Part shown: one piece after another, positions 8,701-15,310 of the stretch
Layout of the letters: the number at the start of each line of letters is the position of its first letter
How positions within the stretch are numbered: the first letter of the stretch is position 1
Source: an uncultured virus (IMG/VR IMGVR_UViG_2740892424_000003)
Lineage: Duplodnaviria > Heunggongvirae > Uroviricota > Caudoviricetes
IMG/VR virus record: IMGVR_UViG_2740892424_000003
Strand: one strand, 5' to 3'
DNA: 20,000 bases
Translations under genes and position numbers: made by a program
Notes under the pieces: generated by a model
Database searches by the model: none
Told to the model about the DNA's origin: nothing
What the model saw: only the letters and a program-made list of their open reading frames with translations

Positions 8701-11700
8701 TGAGCCGGACCCTGTTGCTGAGCCAGAGCGCATTATCAACTTCTCCAAGCAGGCCATGGCCCAAGGCGATAAGCCGGCCAAGTCCCTGACCCGCAAAGAG
8801 GCTGATTTGGTCACCAAGGAGTGGTTCAAGCAGTACAAGGGGGCAGCCGGCATTGATGTGCAGATCCACGCCACCCAGGCGGAACTGGAGCAGGCATTGG
8901 GGCTGGATGCGAAAGAGGGGCTGATCCGGCGCGCTGCTTTCGACGATGACACTGGCACCCTGCATGTGGCCGCTGACACCATTGCCAACCCCAAGCGGAT
9001 GCGCGAGATCCTGCGCCATGAAGTGCTGGCTCACTATGGCTTGGCCAATGTGCTTGGCGATGGCGAGTACACCAAGCTGATCAGCCGGCTCATCAAGTCG
9101 AAGAAAGACCCCAGCATGAAGGCGGTATGGGATTGGGTTGATACTCATTATGCCGATGAGGATATCGGGGTGCAGGCTGAGGAGGTGGTGGCTCACCTTG
9201 CGGAACTGGAGCAGGGCGCATGGGGGCGCGGCTGGGATCAGGTGGTGGCATGGGTCACCAAGGCACTGCGTGCAGTTGGCTTTGTGCCTGACGGCATCAC
9301 GGCTGCCGAGACGCGCAGCCTGATCGATGGGCTGGGCAATAAGATGAAGCGCGGCAGTCCTGATGATAGTGGCCCTGATGGCGGCAAGAAGTTTAGCCAG
9401 GAGGAGCAGCCAGCCAAGAAGGGCGGCATCAAGATGAGCCAAACCAGCACCCAGGCAGATGATGCCATGAAGAAGCTGAACCTTGGCCCCAAGCCAGATG
9501 TCATCGACAACACCAAGGCCAACCTGGACAAGCTGCGTGCAGTGGATCGCGGCGTGATCAAGTTGTGGGTGGATCGGTTCATCAAGAAGGCCAACACCGA
9601 AGTGCTCGATGCGCTGGCCCCCATCAAGTACGCAGAGCAAGCCGCAGGCATTACCGATGCTGCCGACTCGGGTTACATCGCTGCACGCATGGCGACTGGG
9701 GCGGCATCTACCATGCAGGCCACCATGCTCTATGGTCTGCCTGAGTGGAAGGACGGGGTGATCCAGCGCAAGGAAGGTACCGGCGAGAAAGATGCGCTGT
9801 TGGGAATCTTCTCTGACCTTGGCAAGGATTTGCACAACTGGCTCGGTTGGATGGCTGGCCACCGCGCTGAACTGCTGATGGAGCAAGGGCGCGAAAACCT
9901 GCTGAGTGAACAAGACATAGCGGCCCTGAAAGGGCTCGGCAAGGGGAAGGAGGCCAAGTTCATGGAGGCCAAAGCCCGCTGGAACCGCCTGAATGCTGCC
10001 ACCCTTGATCTGGCGCAGGAGGCCGGGCTGTTCACCGCTGATGCCCGGGCCGAGTTCGAAAACGAGTGGTACATCCCATTCTTCCGGGAATCTGACGATG
10101 GTGACGTGATCGCGCCATTCAAGCCGAAGGGTATTGCCAACCAGAACGCCGGGATCAAGAAGCTCAAGGGGGGCGAGGCCAACACCAACGACCTGCTCGA
10201 GAACATCTTTACCAGCACCAGCAAGCTGATCGACGCCTCCATGAAGAACATGGCAGCGCAAAAGACGGTCTGGAATCTGGCCGATACCGGTGCCATTGAG
10301 ATAGTTGCCAAGCCCAACATGATGGATTGGCGCGCACTCAAGAACGGCAAGGACCTGATCACCGTCAAGTTGGATGGTGAGGACTACATGATCCGGGTGG
10401 TGGACCCTGATCTGTACCGCGCCATGACCTTCTTCGACCGGCAACCGTTTGGAGCCATGGTGAATGTGGCCGCCAAAGCCAAACGCCTGCTGACGGCAGG
10501 GGTCACCGCATCCCCTGAGTTCATGCTGCGCAACTTCTTGCGCGACTCCCTCTCCAGCTGGGCGATCAGTAAAGACGGCTTCAAGCCGGTGATCGACTCC
10601 ATCAAAGGGGTGAAGAAGACGCTAGCCATGGAGGGGAGCACCATTGATGTGATGTTCAGTGGTGCCAGCTTCCTTGGTGGCTATGTCAACGGTAACGATC
10701 CGACGGCTATGGCCGACTCTGTGCGCAAATCACTGCGTCGCAAAGGGATGACACCTGAGCAGATCGCCAAGTATGAGAAATCCATCGTGCGCAACGCCGC
10801 CCACGTCAAGGGTGTAGTGGCCGATGTGTGGGACAAGTACAGCCAGTATGGTGAGGCGTTGGAGAATGCCAACCGCGAGGCCGTCTATGCGGCAGCGATC
10901 AAGGCTGGCAAGAGTCACGCCCAGGCGGCGTTCGAATCGAAGGATTTGATGGACTTCTCCATGCTCGGGGCGGCCCGTTTCATTCAGGGGGCATCAATGG
11001 TATTGCCGTTCTTCAACGCCCGCCTGCAGGGGCTCGGCAAGCTGAGCCGTGAGCTGCGTGACAACCCGCGGGAGATTGCCAAGCGCGCCGGCATGATCAC
11101 TGCAATGTCGCTCGGGCTGCTTGCTCTGAACTGGGATGACGAGCGCTATGAGGAGCTGCCGGACTGGGATAAGGATGCAAACTGGCACTTCTTTGTCGGC
11201 GATCAGCACTTCCGGATCCCCAAGCCGTTTGAGATTGGCGTGATGTTCGGCACAATCCCGGAGCGCATGGTGCGCGCCATGGGTGGCAAGGACACTGGCG
11301 CCCAGCTCGGCAAGGCGGTGGCCAGAGCGATCGGTGAAACATTCGCCCTCAACCCCACCCCGCAGATCGTCAAGCCGTTGGTGGAGTCCTATTTCAACTA
11401 CGACTCTTTCCGTGGCGGGCCCATCGAGAACGCACAGGATCTCGCTGTGAAGGCGGAAGCCCGTTACAACGAGCAAACCAGCCTGATTATGCGTGAACTT
11501 GGCGAAGCAATGGGGATGTCGCCCAAGAAGCTGGAGCACCTGCTGATCGGTTATACCGGCACGATAGGCGGCTACGTCATGGCCACCGCCGACGGCTTGA
11601 TCCGCGCAGCGCAGCCTGGCGAGTCAGCCAGCTGGCGCGCAGATGAGATCCCGTTGGTCAAGGCTGTGTATCGCGGCACCGGCCCTGCCAAATCTACCCA

Positions 11701-12013
11701 GCACATGGAAGAGTTTTACCGGATGCTGAACGAGGTAAACCAGCTCAAGCGCACCGTTGACCAGTACCGCAGTGAGGGGCTTACCGACAAGGCCAATGAG
11801 CTGCTGGATGAGCAGGGCGGTATCTTGAAGTCGCGCAGCAGTTTGAGTCGGACTCAGCAACAGGTACGAGTGGTGCGAAACAGGATTGAGCTGCTGCAGC
11901 GCGACCGAGTGCTGAGTGCTGACGAGAAGCGCCGGCGCATAGATGAGCTGCTTTCGCGCCGCAATGATCTGGTGTACCAGGCGGTGAACAACAACCGCAA
12001 GAACTGGGAATAG
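5753..12013 (+). CDS. Large polyvalent phage protein (~2086 aa): Gly/Ala-rich N-terminus, Pro-rich linker, InPase-like domain (~8230-8670), zincin-like metallopeptidase (~8790-9350), C-terminal LPD38-type region
   Basis: ATG 5753 follows GGAG. Motifs: PTEAQKEAGNYKKGH...YGYI...GADGDHVDVF...DEHKVMMGF (InPase of polyvalent proteins); HEVLAH (9017-9034) plus EEVVAH; YEELPDWDKD.NW.F...FRIPKPFEIG (LPD38). Confidence 0.85.
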   Translation: MAKPTRDDFIAAARARYLPQQPDDNGGDEQGIIGDTVDMFQRGLGQTLGGDLETVGQLTGSQGIKDAGRGVSAWADGQLDQASTPMREAMGKQFFQENAETGAIEAGDAWADPRAWAGNFSTVLGQFVGLVGGTKGAGLIAKPALRGAGKLLAKDLVEGQAKELVAKATVKDAISAGALDSVRAAYLAAPGEAAKRAVLDKAIGRLTSIGYGAHAGAMASGMRAQQAEQEARGYFNGLGNDELNANPIYQQAYWELADGEMQGADIGDIRRAAIDSVAELAATDAWSDPRALTADFLSGVMTGAGGGVGGLLGKVGSTRAGAAVRGFAGEGATEAWQGGETQRAVNQAVQEWADESRDPMAGVLSAALNEGTIGGAFGGVVGAVHGPQAPDMAKPLVRVERRVVTGDQQMDDMIHGLDQRQAERGASISSQIDSMFAGANNPLGSGKFDPVRDVPAYQRQGFVRGSHDFQGKAIVPLEGELLDPATAMSATPSGPQPDMGGQPSDPALDMTAIADQRISGELQDEAALPGQQANLLPGATYEGEAREVGTDLPVPRGPAPALPESSNAATVPLPESVRLTRRGLPFSSEKEAALASRQDETPIPLDGGGFGIAKIAELEQGRGEQAATVPQDINQEVRDNSLPQPLAPAVDTGYREEIPATQPQAEVFNEQAPQVLAISSERQGDQPGAGQPVAESAGAATAGLSDRAGTGDRAGLLASAPVPDGQQQNDQTLTAPATDAGVDVSGPADPAPLPWAESINNADGTITLKGEIPIIRQWAKDNGVKAIPGKGGVVVAKSSAAKVLDMVAPAATKPVQQIEAARAEVAPEPTEAQKEAGNYKKGHLTLQGLDIALEDPKGSTRSGTDQDGKAWQSTMAHDYGYIKRTLGADGDHVDVFIGDQPDSETVYVVDQVDPKTGKFDEHKVMMGFADEQAARAGYLANYEKGWKGLGTIKAMPVDEFKVWVKEGDTTKPIDGKEEGKPAGEPDPVAEPERIINFSKQAMAQGDKPAKSLTRKEADLVTKEWFKQYKGAAGIDVQIHATQAELEQALGLDAKEGLIRRAAFDDDTGTLHVAADTIANPKRMREILRHEVLAHYGLANVLGDGEYTKLISRLIKSKKDPSMKAVWDWVDTHYADEDIGVQAEEVVAHLAELEQGAWGRGWDQVVAWVTKALRAVGFVPDGITAAETRSLIDGLGNKMKRGSPDDSGPDGGKKFSQEEQPAKKGGIKMSQTSTQADDAMKKLNLGPKPDVIDNTKANLDKLRAVDRGVIKLWVDRFIKKANTEVLDALAPIKYAEQAAGITDAADSGYIAARMATGAASTMQATMLYGLPEWKDGVIQRKEGTGEKDALLGIFSDLGKDLHNWLGWMAGHRAELLMEQGRENLLSEQDIAALKGLGKGKEAKFMEAKARWNRLNAATLDLAQEAGLFTADARAEFENEWYIPFFRESDDGDVIAPFKPKGIANQNAGIKKLKGGEANTNDLLENIFTSTSKLIDASMKNMAAQKTVWNLADTGAIEIVAKPNMMDWRALKNGKDLITVKLDGEDYMIRVVDPDLYRAMTFFDRQPFGAMVNVAAKAKRLLTAGVTASPEFMLRNFLRDSLSSWAISKDGFKPVIDSIKGVKKTLAMEGSTIDVMFSGASFLGGYVNGNDPTAMADSVRKSLRRKGMTPEQIAKYEKSIVRNAAHVKGVVADVWDKYSQYGEALENANREAVYAAAIKAGKSHAQAAFESKDLMDFSMLGAARFIQGASMVLPFFNARLQGLGKLSRELRDNPREIAKRAGMITAMSLGLLALNWDDERYEELPDWDKDANWHFFVGDQHFRIPKPFEIGVMFGTIPERMVRAMGGKDTGAQLGKAVARAIGETFALNPTPQIVKPLVESYFNYDSFRGGPIENAQDLAVKAEARYNEQTSLIMRELGEAMGMSPKKLEHLLIGYTGTIGGYVMATADGLIRAAQPGESASWRADEIPLVKAVYRGTGPAKSTQHMEEFYRMLNEVNQLKRTVDQYRSEGLTDKANELLDEQGGILKSRSSLSRTQQQVRVVRNRIELLQRDRVLSADEKRRRIDELLSRRNDLVYQAVNNNRKNWE
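7758..7952 (+). CDS. Overprinted 64-aa gene in the +1 frame inside the polyvalent gene
   Basis: GAGGT RBS (7748-7752) 5 nt before the ATG; 54/64 codons end in G/C; GC-rich hairpin 3 nt after the stop. Confidence 0.75.
   Translation: MSRLPRYLQSAVNDKVISLEQANQLQRALEQPLPDSPTELEPEIGQVSLLLHLYQMDSSRMTKH
7955..7987 (+). terminator. Terminator-like hairpin following the nested ORF
   Basis: CCCCGGC-CACTGAT-GCCGGGG followed by TTGATGTTTCT (interrupted U tract). Confidence 0.55.
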
Positions 12014-12025
12014 CGGCCCTGGCTG

Positions 12026-12058
12026 GGCCTCAGTTAAGGGAGTAAACTGAGGCCTTTG
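12026..12058 (+). terminator. Hairpin/terminator after the polyvalent gene
   Basis: GGCCTCAGTT-N9-AACTGAGGCC-TTTG; the U tract is short. Confidence 0.55.
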
Positions 12059-12075
12059 TCAGGGAGGATTACGCG

Positions 12076-12279
12076 ATGTGGTTGCTTGGAGCGATTGTTT
12101 GCATGGTGCTGGCGCTGAAACTGATGAGCGTCAGTCTGGTGTTGGGCCTGATCCCGGCTGCTGCCGGTTACTGGTGTTTCAGCCAGTCAACGCGAGCGAG
12201 CCTCGAGACGTTCATGGCATTCATGTTCGCCCTGGTGCTGCTCGGGTTGGTGCTGAATGTGATAGTCGCGAACTGGTAG
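12076..12279 (+). CDS. Small membrane protein (67 aa, 2-3 TM)
   Basis: Strong RBS AGGGAGGA; almost entirely hydrophobic; high GC3. Confidence 0.75.
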   Translation: MWLLGAIVCMVLALKLMSVSLVLGLIPAAAGYWCFSQSTRASLETFMAFMFALVLLGLVLNVIVANW

Positions 12280-12303
12280 TGAACGCGGCCAACAATAACA
12301 CTG

Positions 12304-12333
12304 TTGACGAATGCCAGCTGAGAGGAGTAATGT
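12304..12333 (+). promoter_or_regulatory. Putative sigma70 promoter
   Basis: TTGACG (12304-12309), 18-nt spacer, TAATGT (12328-12333), upstream of a structured leader. Confidence 0.45.
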
Positions 12334-12537
12334 GCGCGGGAATCGAATGATTCCGCTCAGATGAGTGGGTTTTTAAAACCATAACCTGGAGATTGCCTTT
12401 TCCGGTTATGGTAAGCAGTGCCTAATTTACTTAATTATGGCGCCACCTGTGCGCCAGCCGTGAACCATAACCTTTAAACAACTGTCTGCAAGTGGCGCAT
12501 CCACTCGCGGCGGTACTTGCGTTATGGAGTTTTCACG

Positions 12538-12735
12538 ATGACTATTCTTGCCAACATCTCCTCCCTCGAACATCTGCTTCTCTGCTCCGACATGTCGCCG
12601 GAGGAACTGCACCAGGCTGAGCTGCTTCTGGCTGCTATTCGCCACGCCGTTACCCAACTTGCACCCCAACAATTTCCGCATAACAAGTCAGCATCGACGC
12701 CAGATGTGGCTTCGGCAGTGTTGCTGCCCGGTTAA
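12538..12735 (+). CDS. Small protein (65 aa) with an LE-x6-D-x2-PEE helical-hairpin motif
   Basis: GGAG RBS before ATG 12538. Similar to ORF 13378-13494. Its 3' 86 nt overlap the convergent HTH gene. Confidence 0.55.
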   Translation: MTILANISSLEHLLLCSDMSPEELHQAELLLAAIRHAVTQLAPQQFPHNKSASTPDVASAVLLPG

Positions 12736-13012
12736 TCAACTCCATGTGCTCATCGTCAGACACGTGCCAATCTGGATCGGCCAGGATGGCCTGAACGGAC
12801 ACGCCAAGCACTGAAGAGATCATGACGGCCTCGGCCAGCCCCATGAAGTCGTCGTGGTGTGGGGAAAGCCAGCGTGAAATGCTGGACCTCGGGATTTCTG
12901 TCAATTTGCTGATGTGGGTGTGTTTCAGCTTTCGCTCAGCGAGCAAGCGCCGCAACTTCTTCTTTGTGCGATGGACATAGGCAAGGCTAGAGCTGGTCAA
13001 GTAGCGTTTCAT
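12650..13012 (-). CDS. XRE/Cro-C1 family HTH transcriptional regulator (120 aa)
   Basis: LRRLLAERKLKHTHISKLTEIPRSSISRWL...ISSVLGVSVQAIL matches the XRE HTH pattern; RBS AGGA. Confidence 0.85.
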   Translation of the reverse strand: MKRYLTSSSLAYVHRTKKKLRRLLAERKLKHTHISKLTEIPRSSISRWLSPHHDDFMGLAEAVMISSVLGVSVQAILADPDWHVSDDEHMELINRAATLPKPHLASMLTCYAEIVGVQVG

Positions 13013-13206
13013 GAGTGTTCCTGTTTTGGCGCCAACCCGTGCTCTAGATCATGGCTTTATGGTTTGTCTTAAATTTGGGCCGCCTATGGTGCAAATGCTC
13101 AGTAATGACACATAAGGGGCATGTAGATTGTAGGTTAAAAATAAGAAGTAGAACGCACAGAGAAGTCACCGCCAAATCACCAGTAACGATGGAGTGTAGT
13201 GGTTGT

Positions 13207-13374
13207 ATGGCGAGTCACAGAGCACGGGATTTTTTTGATTCAAACTGGAAGGGTTGCATAGGGGACAAAGAAAGGACTCCCGAGATCCTGCAAAAAGTGG
13301 TAGATTTATGCAGGTACTGTATAGGTGTACAGTGTTTCACAGTCGAGAGGCTGAGAGAGAACGGGGGGCACTAG
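13207..13374 (+). CDS. Small Cys-rich hypothetical protein (~55 aa; alternative start 13189)
   Basis: Divergent from the HTH gene, contains CxxC (CRYC), and ends 3 nt before the next ORF. The start is uncertain. Confidence 0.45.
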   Translation: MASHRARDFFDSNWKGCIGDKERTPEILQKVVDLCRYCIGVQCFTVERLRENGGH

Positions 13375-13377
13375 CGG

Positions 13378-13494
13378 ATGGAATCACTTACCGAACTTGA
13401 AGAGTTTATTTGGACCTTGGATCTGGCTCCGGAGGAGGAGAAAAGAATCGCGCGCATTCTTGAGAAACTTCGCGAAGAAACCGCTGCGTCATGA
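13378..13494 (+). CDS. Acidic 38-aa micro-protein MESLTELEEFIWTLDLAPEEEKRIARILEKLREETAAS (absent from the ORF track)
   Basis: Translated by hand. GGGGGG upstream, amphipathic helices, followed by a terminator, and similar to ORF 12538. Confidence 0.65.
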   Translation: MESLTELEEFIWTLDLAPEEEKRIARILEKLREETAAS

Positions 13495-13514
13495 CGCGGA
13501 TTGGATTCGGATTG

Positions 13515-13537
13515 GCCCGCCACTGTGCGGGCTTTTC
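13515..13537 (+). terminator. Rho-independent terminator
   Basis: GCCCGC-CACTGT-GCGGGC-TTTT. Confidence 0.75.
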
Positions 13538-13601
13538 TATGCTCCCGGGTGGGGGAAAACAGAGGGAATAGTGAGGGATTACGCCGGTACGGAGGCTTGT
13601 A

Positions 13602-13658
13602 AAATCATATAGTTACAGATCTTGCATATTCCCGAAAAGAATCATAACTATATGATTT
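13602..13658. repeat. Perfect 14-bp inverted repeat made of IHF-like sites in the left att arm
   Basis: AAATCATATAGTTA (13602-13615) and TAACTATATGATTT (13645-13658); one mismatch to WATCAANNNNTTR. Confidence 0.7.
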
Positions 13659-13673
13659 AAAAGAAAATAAGTC

Positions 13674-13732
13674 GGGATTTAAAATCCCTCGACGTTCGCG
13701 TCGTGCCGGTTCGATTCCGGCCTCGGGCACCA
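13674..13732 (+). pseudogene. 3' half of tRNA-Leu(UAA) forming a prophage att core
   Basis: GGGA-TTTAAAA-TCCC anticodon arm, long variable arm, GGTTCGATTCC T-loop and CCA end. The D-arm and 5' acceptor strand are absent, replaced by AT-rich sequence. Confidence 0.9.
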
Positions 13733-13736
13733 TTAA

Positions 13737-13811
13737 AATCAAAGACTTACGAAGGCCACTAGCAATAGTGGCCTTTTTGTTTTTGGCCAAGTGGCGACAG
13801 AGTGGCGACAG
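13737..13811 (+). promoter_or_regulatory. Right att arm: IHF site, tRNA-type terminator and tandem integrase arm-type repeats
   Basis: AATCAAAGACTTA is a perfect IHF consensus; AAGGCCACTA-GCAA-TAGTGGCCTT-TTT (13752-13784); AGTGGCGACAG twice (13790-13811). Confidence 0.7.
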
Positions 13812-13839
13812 AGAATGCCAGCGGTTGTCGTTATTTTTC

Positions 13840-13868
13840 TTGAGGTGTACTATGTACACCATTAGATT
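13840..13868 (+). promoter_or_regulatory. TA operon promoter with palindromic operator
   Basis: TTGAGG-17 nt-TAGATT; GGTGTAC-TAT-GTACACC (13844-13860) overlaps the -35 element and spacer. Confidence 0.65.
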
Positions 13869-13890
13869 GATTGGCTAGAGTGAGTGATGG

Positions 13891-14223
13891 GTGAGTAACG
13901 CCATTGAGTTTATTGAGACATCGATCTTTACCAAGCAGATAAAAGCGCTCGCAACAGATGATGAGCTCAGAGCACTACAAACAGAATTGATTGCCCAGCC
14001 GGAAAAGGGTGATTTGATCCAGGGCACGGGGGGTCTGCGAAAAATTCGCATGGCAACTGGCCAGCAGGGGAAGAGTGGCAGCGCGAGAGTTATCTACTTT
14101 CTAGCGACAGCTGAGATGATTTACTTAGTGCTTGCCTATGCCAAGAGTGAGAAAGAAAGCCTGACATCGGCAGAAAAGGCCGAGTTAAAGCGCTTGACCA
14201 CGTTACTAAAAGGCGAGGTTTAA
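13891..14223 (+). CDS. higB: RelE-superfamily toxin, HigB-2 type
   Basis: FIETSIF...GDLIQGTGGLRKIR...GKSGSARVIY...YAKSEKESLT signature. Confidence 0.9.
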   Translation: MSNAIEFIETSIFTKQIKALATDDELRALQTELIAQPEKGDLIQGTGGLRKIRMATGQQGKSGSARVIYFLATAEMIYLVLAYAKSEKESLTSAEKAELKRLTTLLKGEV

Positions 14224-14224
14224 C

Positions 14225-14509
14225 ATGAACATGTTTGACGAATTGAAGGCTTCCCTTGAGGAGGCTGTTGAAATTAAGCAGGGCCTTCTTGAGCCTGCCG
14301 CGCGGACTCGCTATGAAGTGGCGGACGTAAAGGCTATTCGCCTCGCACTGAATGTTTCTCAGCAAGAGTTTGCCCAGGCTCTTGGGACGAGTGTTGATAC
14401 GGTCAAAAGTTGGGAGACCCGGCGCCGCAACCCGACTGGATTGGCAGCGAAGGTCTTGACGCTTATGCAAGAAAAGCCAGATCTCTACAGTGAGCTAGCT
14501 GCTCACTAA
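14225..14509 (+). CDS. higA: HTH antitoxin, HigA-2 type
   Basis: N-terminal MFDELKASLEEA helix plus XRE HTH (IRLALNVSQQEFAQALGTSVDTVKSWETRRRNP); toxin-first gene order. Confidence 0.9.
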   Translation: MNMFDELKASLEEAVEIKQGLLEPAARTRYEVADVKAIRLALNVSQQEFAQALGTSVDTVKSWETRRRNPTGLAAKVLTLMQEKPDLYSELAAH

Positions 14510-14531
14510 TGTGGACTGAGACGATAGATCG

Positions 14532-14567
14532 AGAAGAGGCCCCATAGTGTGGGCCTCTTCTGCTTTT
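14532..14567 (+). terminator. Terminator after the TA operon
   Basis: AGAAGAGGCCC-N8-GGGCCTCTTCT-GCTTTT. Confidence 0.75.
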
Positions 14568-14839
14568 GAGTGCGGAGAACGCCAAGATGAACCTCATTTG
14601 CTATGACCACCTCGGTTAACCATCACAGCTCATGCTTTTTCAAAATTTCAGTTATCAGATCAGCCCTCATCACACCTAACCAGTTGAAACAAAACGCCTT
14701 CACGTTATTCCCCCGCAGCAAATGAGATCCTTCCTGATCATTCAAATTCTCACGGAAAGTACGACTCTCCCTGCATATTCAATGAGTTATGTTTTCAGTG
14801 CAGCAATCCAGAGCCCCTCCAAACTGTAAAAAACCGCAA

Positions 14840-14995
14840 AAAGGATCCTTCTTTTCAGATCCTAACCACGCCCGAGATCCTTTATCTGGCGGGGCCTAGG
14901 CCTATGGTTTTGCGGTAATCCACTTTTGCAAAAAATTTTATTGATGCGGCGCGCAGGCGGGAGCGGAAGAGCGCGGTTTCCGTGACGCAGACACG
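14840..14995. other. Putative cos/packaging region of the P2/HP1-like prophage
   Basis: Non-coding; GATCCT three times, an AT tract, then GC-rich GGCGCGCAGGCGGGAGCGGAAGAGCGCG reminiscent of P2-family cos. Position between the last tail genes and att matches HP1-like genome order. The cut site cannot be determined. Confidence 0.45.
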
Positions 14996-15129
14996 GCGGT
15001 GTGCGTCGCCACGGTGTATTGGGGGGCTGTGAGCGCGTGGAGGCTTCACGTATGATGCAGCGCTGCCCGATGGTTGCCTCTCCATGCGGCGCCATTCCCT
15101 GGCCATGTTTAGGCGCCGTCAGGCAGATA

Positions 15130-15160
15130 GAAGAAGGCCCCACGGTGTGGGGCCTTCTTC
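15130..15160. terminator. Perfect 14-bp hairpin, terminator-like
   Basis: GAAGAAGGCCCCAC-GGT-GTGGGGCCTTCTTC. Confidence 0.6.
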
Positions 15161-15280
15161 GCATTAGTTATGTTCTACTACTTGTAAGCAGTTAACTGCA
15201 TGCACGTATCAGTTGTTGCTGCGTAGGCAAGGCCAGCACACCAGAAACCGGTGCTGCGGCAACGATAGCTGTTGTTGCTC

Positions 15281-15310
15281 AAAAAAAGCCAGCATAATGC
15301 TGCTTTTTTT
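15281..15310 (-). terminator. Terminator after the effector-immunity operon
   Basis: A7-GCCAGCAT-AATGCTGC-T tract at the DUF1240-like gene stop. Confidence 0.6.

Larger units (their letters stand above)
1..13732 (+). mobile_element. Podovirus-like prophage, right end
   Basis: Gene order fibre, ejection cluster, polyvalent protein, accessory locus, ending at the tRNA 3' duplication. Confidence 0.8.

Noticed and set aside
7079..10444. 1121-aa antisense ORF
   Set aside because: Codon-register shadow of the GC3-biased polyvalent gene; no recognisable domain.
13397..13612. 71-aa ORF from the track
   Set aside because: It runs through a terminator and the att arm; the overlapping 38-aa ORF at 13378 is better supported.
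13674..13732. Functional tRNA-Leu gene
   Set aside because: The 5' acceptor strand and D-arm are missing; this is an att duplication.
13605..13862. 85-aa minus-strand ORF containing MVPEAGIEPAR
   Set aside because: Typical spurious translation of a tRNA antisense strand.
14862..15195. Three short overlapping ORFs
   Set aside because: No RBS or protein-like composition; they lie in the putative cos region.
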